From Octopus bimaculoides (taxonomy: Eukaryota): a stretch of DNA of 64,000 nt. This document shows, piece after piece, positions 61,652 to 64,000 of this stretch. The stretch covers positions 1,372,744 through 1,436,743 of the forward strand of contig NC_068993.1 of NCBI RefSeq assembly GCF_001194135.2, given 5' to 3'. The position numbers were made by a program, and so were the translations under genes. A model generated the notes under the pieces. The model saw only the letters and a list, made by a program, of their open reading frames with translations, was not told the DNA's origin and did no database searches. Position 1 is the first letter of the stretch, and each line of letters opens with the position of its first letter.

Positions 61652-64000
61652 CTGCAAGAAAATTCAACTAAATTAATAAAATTAAATTCAAACATACTGA
61701 AAAAAAAAAAAGTTTTTAGAGAAACCTTATCGAAATTCAAAGAAATAAACTCTTCTGTCAGGGTGAGGGTTAACAGGTTCATTTTGATATTAAACGAGCT
61801 CCAAAGTAAACCTCATTTAAATATTGGTAGAATGGAAAAAAGGAGACAAATTAAAGCAAGTGCCCATTATATTTCCTTTTTTCTTTTCTTTATGTTTAAA
61901 CACACAAATTCTTATTTCATAAACATGTTTTACCATTCTCTGACAGAAACTGAATGGGTCATTGGTCATATATTGCCCCTTTCAGGATCAGGAAATACTT
62001 CAGCCCTGATCGGTTGTTAACCACGTCAAGGCATAAGTGTAACACTAATTAGAGTGGCTGTGTGGCAAGTAGTTTGCTTACCAACCACATGGTTCTGGGT
62101 TCAGTCCCACTGCGTGGCACCTTGGGCACGTTTTTTTTTTTTTTCTGCAAGAGAATATTTGTCATCTGATCAGTCGTATGCCTTATAGGATCCTTGCATT
62201 GAAAATTACAGACCTTTACAAGTTAGAATAAACATAAAACGATGTTTTATGAGGTGTCTATTTACTTCTGCCATGTCTATGTACACACAGGTGCAGTTTC
62301 CAGACGAGATTGATTTAAATATTTGAATAGGGTTGACTAAATGAGCCAGAGAAGAGGAGATGGGAAATGGATGAAATAAATGTTAAGAGAAAGGCCATTG
62401 TGGTGATCGACAAAATAATAAAGATACCTAGATATGATGTGACTAATGTTCATTGGTAGCATAACAGGCTGTTATACACACTAACCAACTCGAAATATAA
62501 TTACTAAAATAGCAAAATTAAGACTACGTAGTTCAACGTAGTTCAGGGCGTGATCTAAGGTGAGATTCGGCTGCTATCTTTGGCAGGTCGAGCGACCACG
62601 TAGAGGTTTCGTCGTTTATTCAAAAAGCGAGTCGTTGCCTCACTCGTTCACCGTTTTCCCTTTAATTATTTTTCTAGTTTCCTCGGCCCTTCTCTAAGGT
62701 TTTCATCCAGCAGATCCCACCCGGCACCCAGTTTTATACACCACTAGTCCTTTAGATGTGTTAAGCGAACTCTACCCTGTTGCAAGCATTTCGACTGGTC
62801 TCTTAATATTCTTATAAAAGCAGGGCCGTCGCTTGACTTTTAGAGGATCCCATCTCTTCAATTAAAATTCATAATCTACGCACCTTTTATTCATAGCTAT
62901 ATTTTACTTTATTCGAACTGAAGTTCAACACTTCACGTTATCCTAAAGAACATCTTTACAAGTTAAATTTATTTAGGACTGGAACTATCGTATTATTTCA
63001 TGTTTAGGAAGGCCAACATTTAATAGGGTTGAATATTTATTCGATAGACTCACAAATATCAGAAGACAAGCATTTCAAAATAACTGTGAAGTATAGTTGT
63101 CTCGGCTTTTGTATGCGAAGTTTATTTTAGAACATTAAAATACAAAAAAATTTCAGACCAAAACGAAAGCAAACTATTTCAAATAATATATTTTTGTAAA
63201 TTAGACGTGAATGTTCTCAAAGACTTGATAACAGTCGAAAAAATAAAACTTTGCCAAATAAAATACGTCGATCACAAACTAGTTACAACTGAAGAATTGA
63301 GATGCTTGGTGACAATGAGAAAACAATATCTATATCCCTATAAAGCGGCGGCCTGGTAGGAACGTTAGCATGCTTAGCGATATTTCGTCTGTTTTTACGT
63401 TCTGAGTTCAAATTCCGCCGAGGTCGACTTTGCCTTTCATCCTTTCGGATAGAGAGTGAGAGAGCGAGAGAGCGAGAGACGAAGAGAAAAAGAGGGAGGG
63501 ACACAAAGACTAAGAGATGTGTGTGTGTGTGTGTGTTTGGTACACGTCTATCTATCTATCTATCTACCCGAGCTAGCCAAAGTCTTGTGAATAGATTTGG
63601 TAGACGGAAACAGAAAAAAGACAGTCGTGTGTGTATATGTGTGTACCTATGCCTGTGTGTGTATGCTTGTATGTATGTATACATCCCCACTACTTTTTTT
63701 TTGTCTTTTCTGTTTAAGTTGTTCTTATTTTCATTATTTTGGGTTTCTTTCGTTTTTCTTTTATTACCACGGTTTTTTTTTTTTTTTTTTTTTTTTTACT
63801 CGTCTGGCTTGAAATTTCCAGTTAATGTCTTAACCAAAGTACAACCGCGGAGGCCCCATGCGACCGCAGGGGTTGCACGGGCTTAGCGACGGTCTCTATA
63901 AAAGTACCCTAGACGTGAATAAGATAATAAAAGACGAATGAAAAAAAAACAAATTGTTTCTAGAATCTTTTCAGTATAAAGAGTCAAGGGGTTAATGTAG

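Noticed and set aside
63840-63910. GC-rich stretch with TATAAAAG as a promoter or RNA gene
   Set aside because: At the window edge with no downstream context, so nothing can be assigned.

Overview
AT-rich, microsatellite- and SINE-dense eukaryotic genomic DNA with six N gaps. The repeat families look like those of an octopod cephalopod (inference). I reconstructed six intron-containing protein genes by hand from splice signals and reading-frame phase: TMEM33 (+, 695-9459, 250 aa); a PAP2/PLPP lipid phosphate phosphatase (+, 16234-21726, 299 aa); TTC4 (+, 30284-38633, 390 aa); CCDC24 (-, 43884-38720, 329 aa); an orphan signal-peptide/LRR-like/single-pass membrane protein (+, 47956-55143, about 292 aa); and the MoaA half of MOCS1 (-, 61651-55346, partial). 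The rest is tRNA-derived SINEs, RTE-like LINE relics, Tc1/mariner and piggyBac-like MITEs, Penelope-like fragments and microsatellites. Most notable: (1) a 101-nt minor-spliceosome intron with AT...AT ends in TTC4; (2) MOCS1A ending in GG-stop with no MoaC exon visible downstream; (3) the orphan LRR-like membrane gene; (4) two very tight convergent gene pairs; (5) a tRNA-headed repeat with a hammerhead-like tail, part of which also forms a 77-bp near-perfect hairpin. No CRISPR array, rRNA or genuine tRNA gene was found. Homology calls come from remembered protein motifs; no database search was run.
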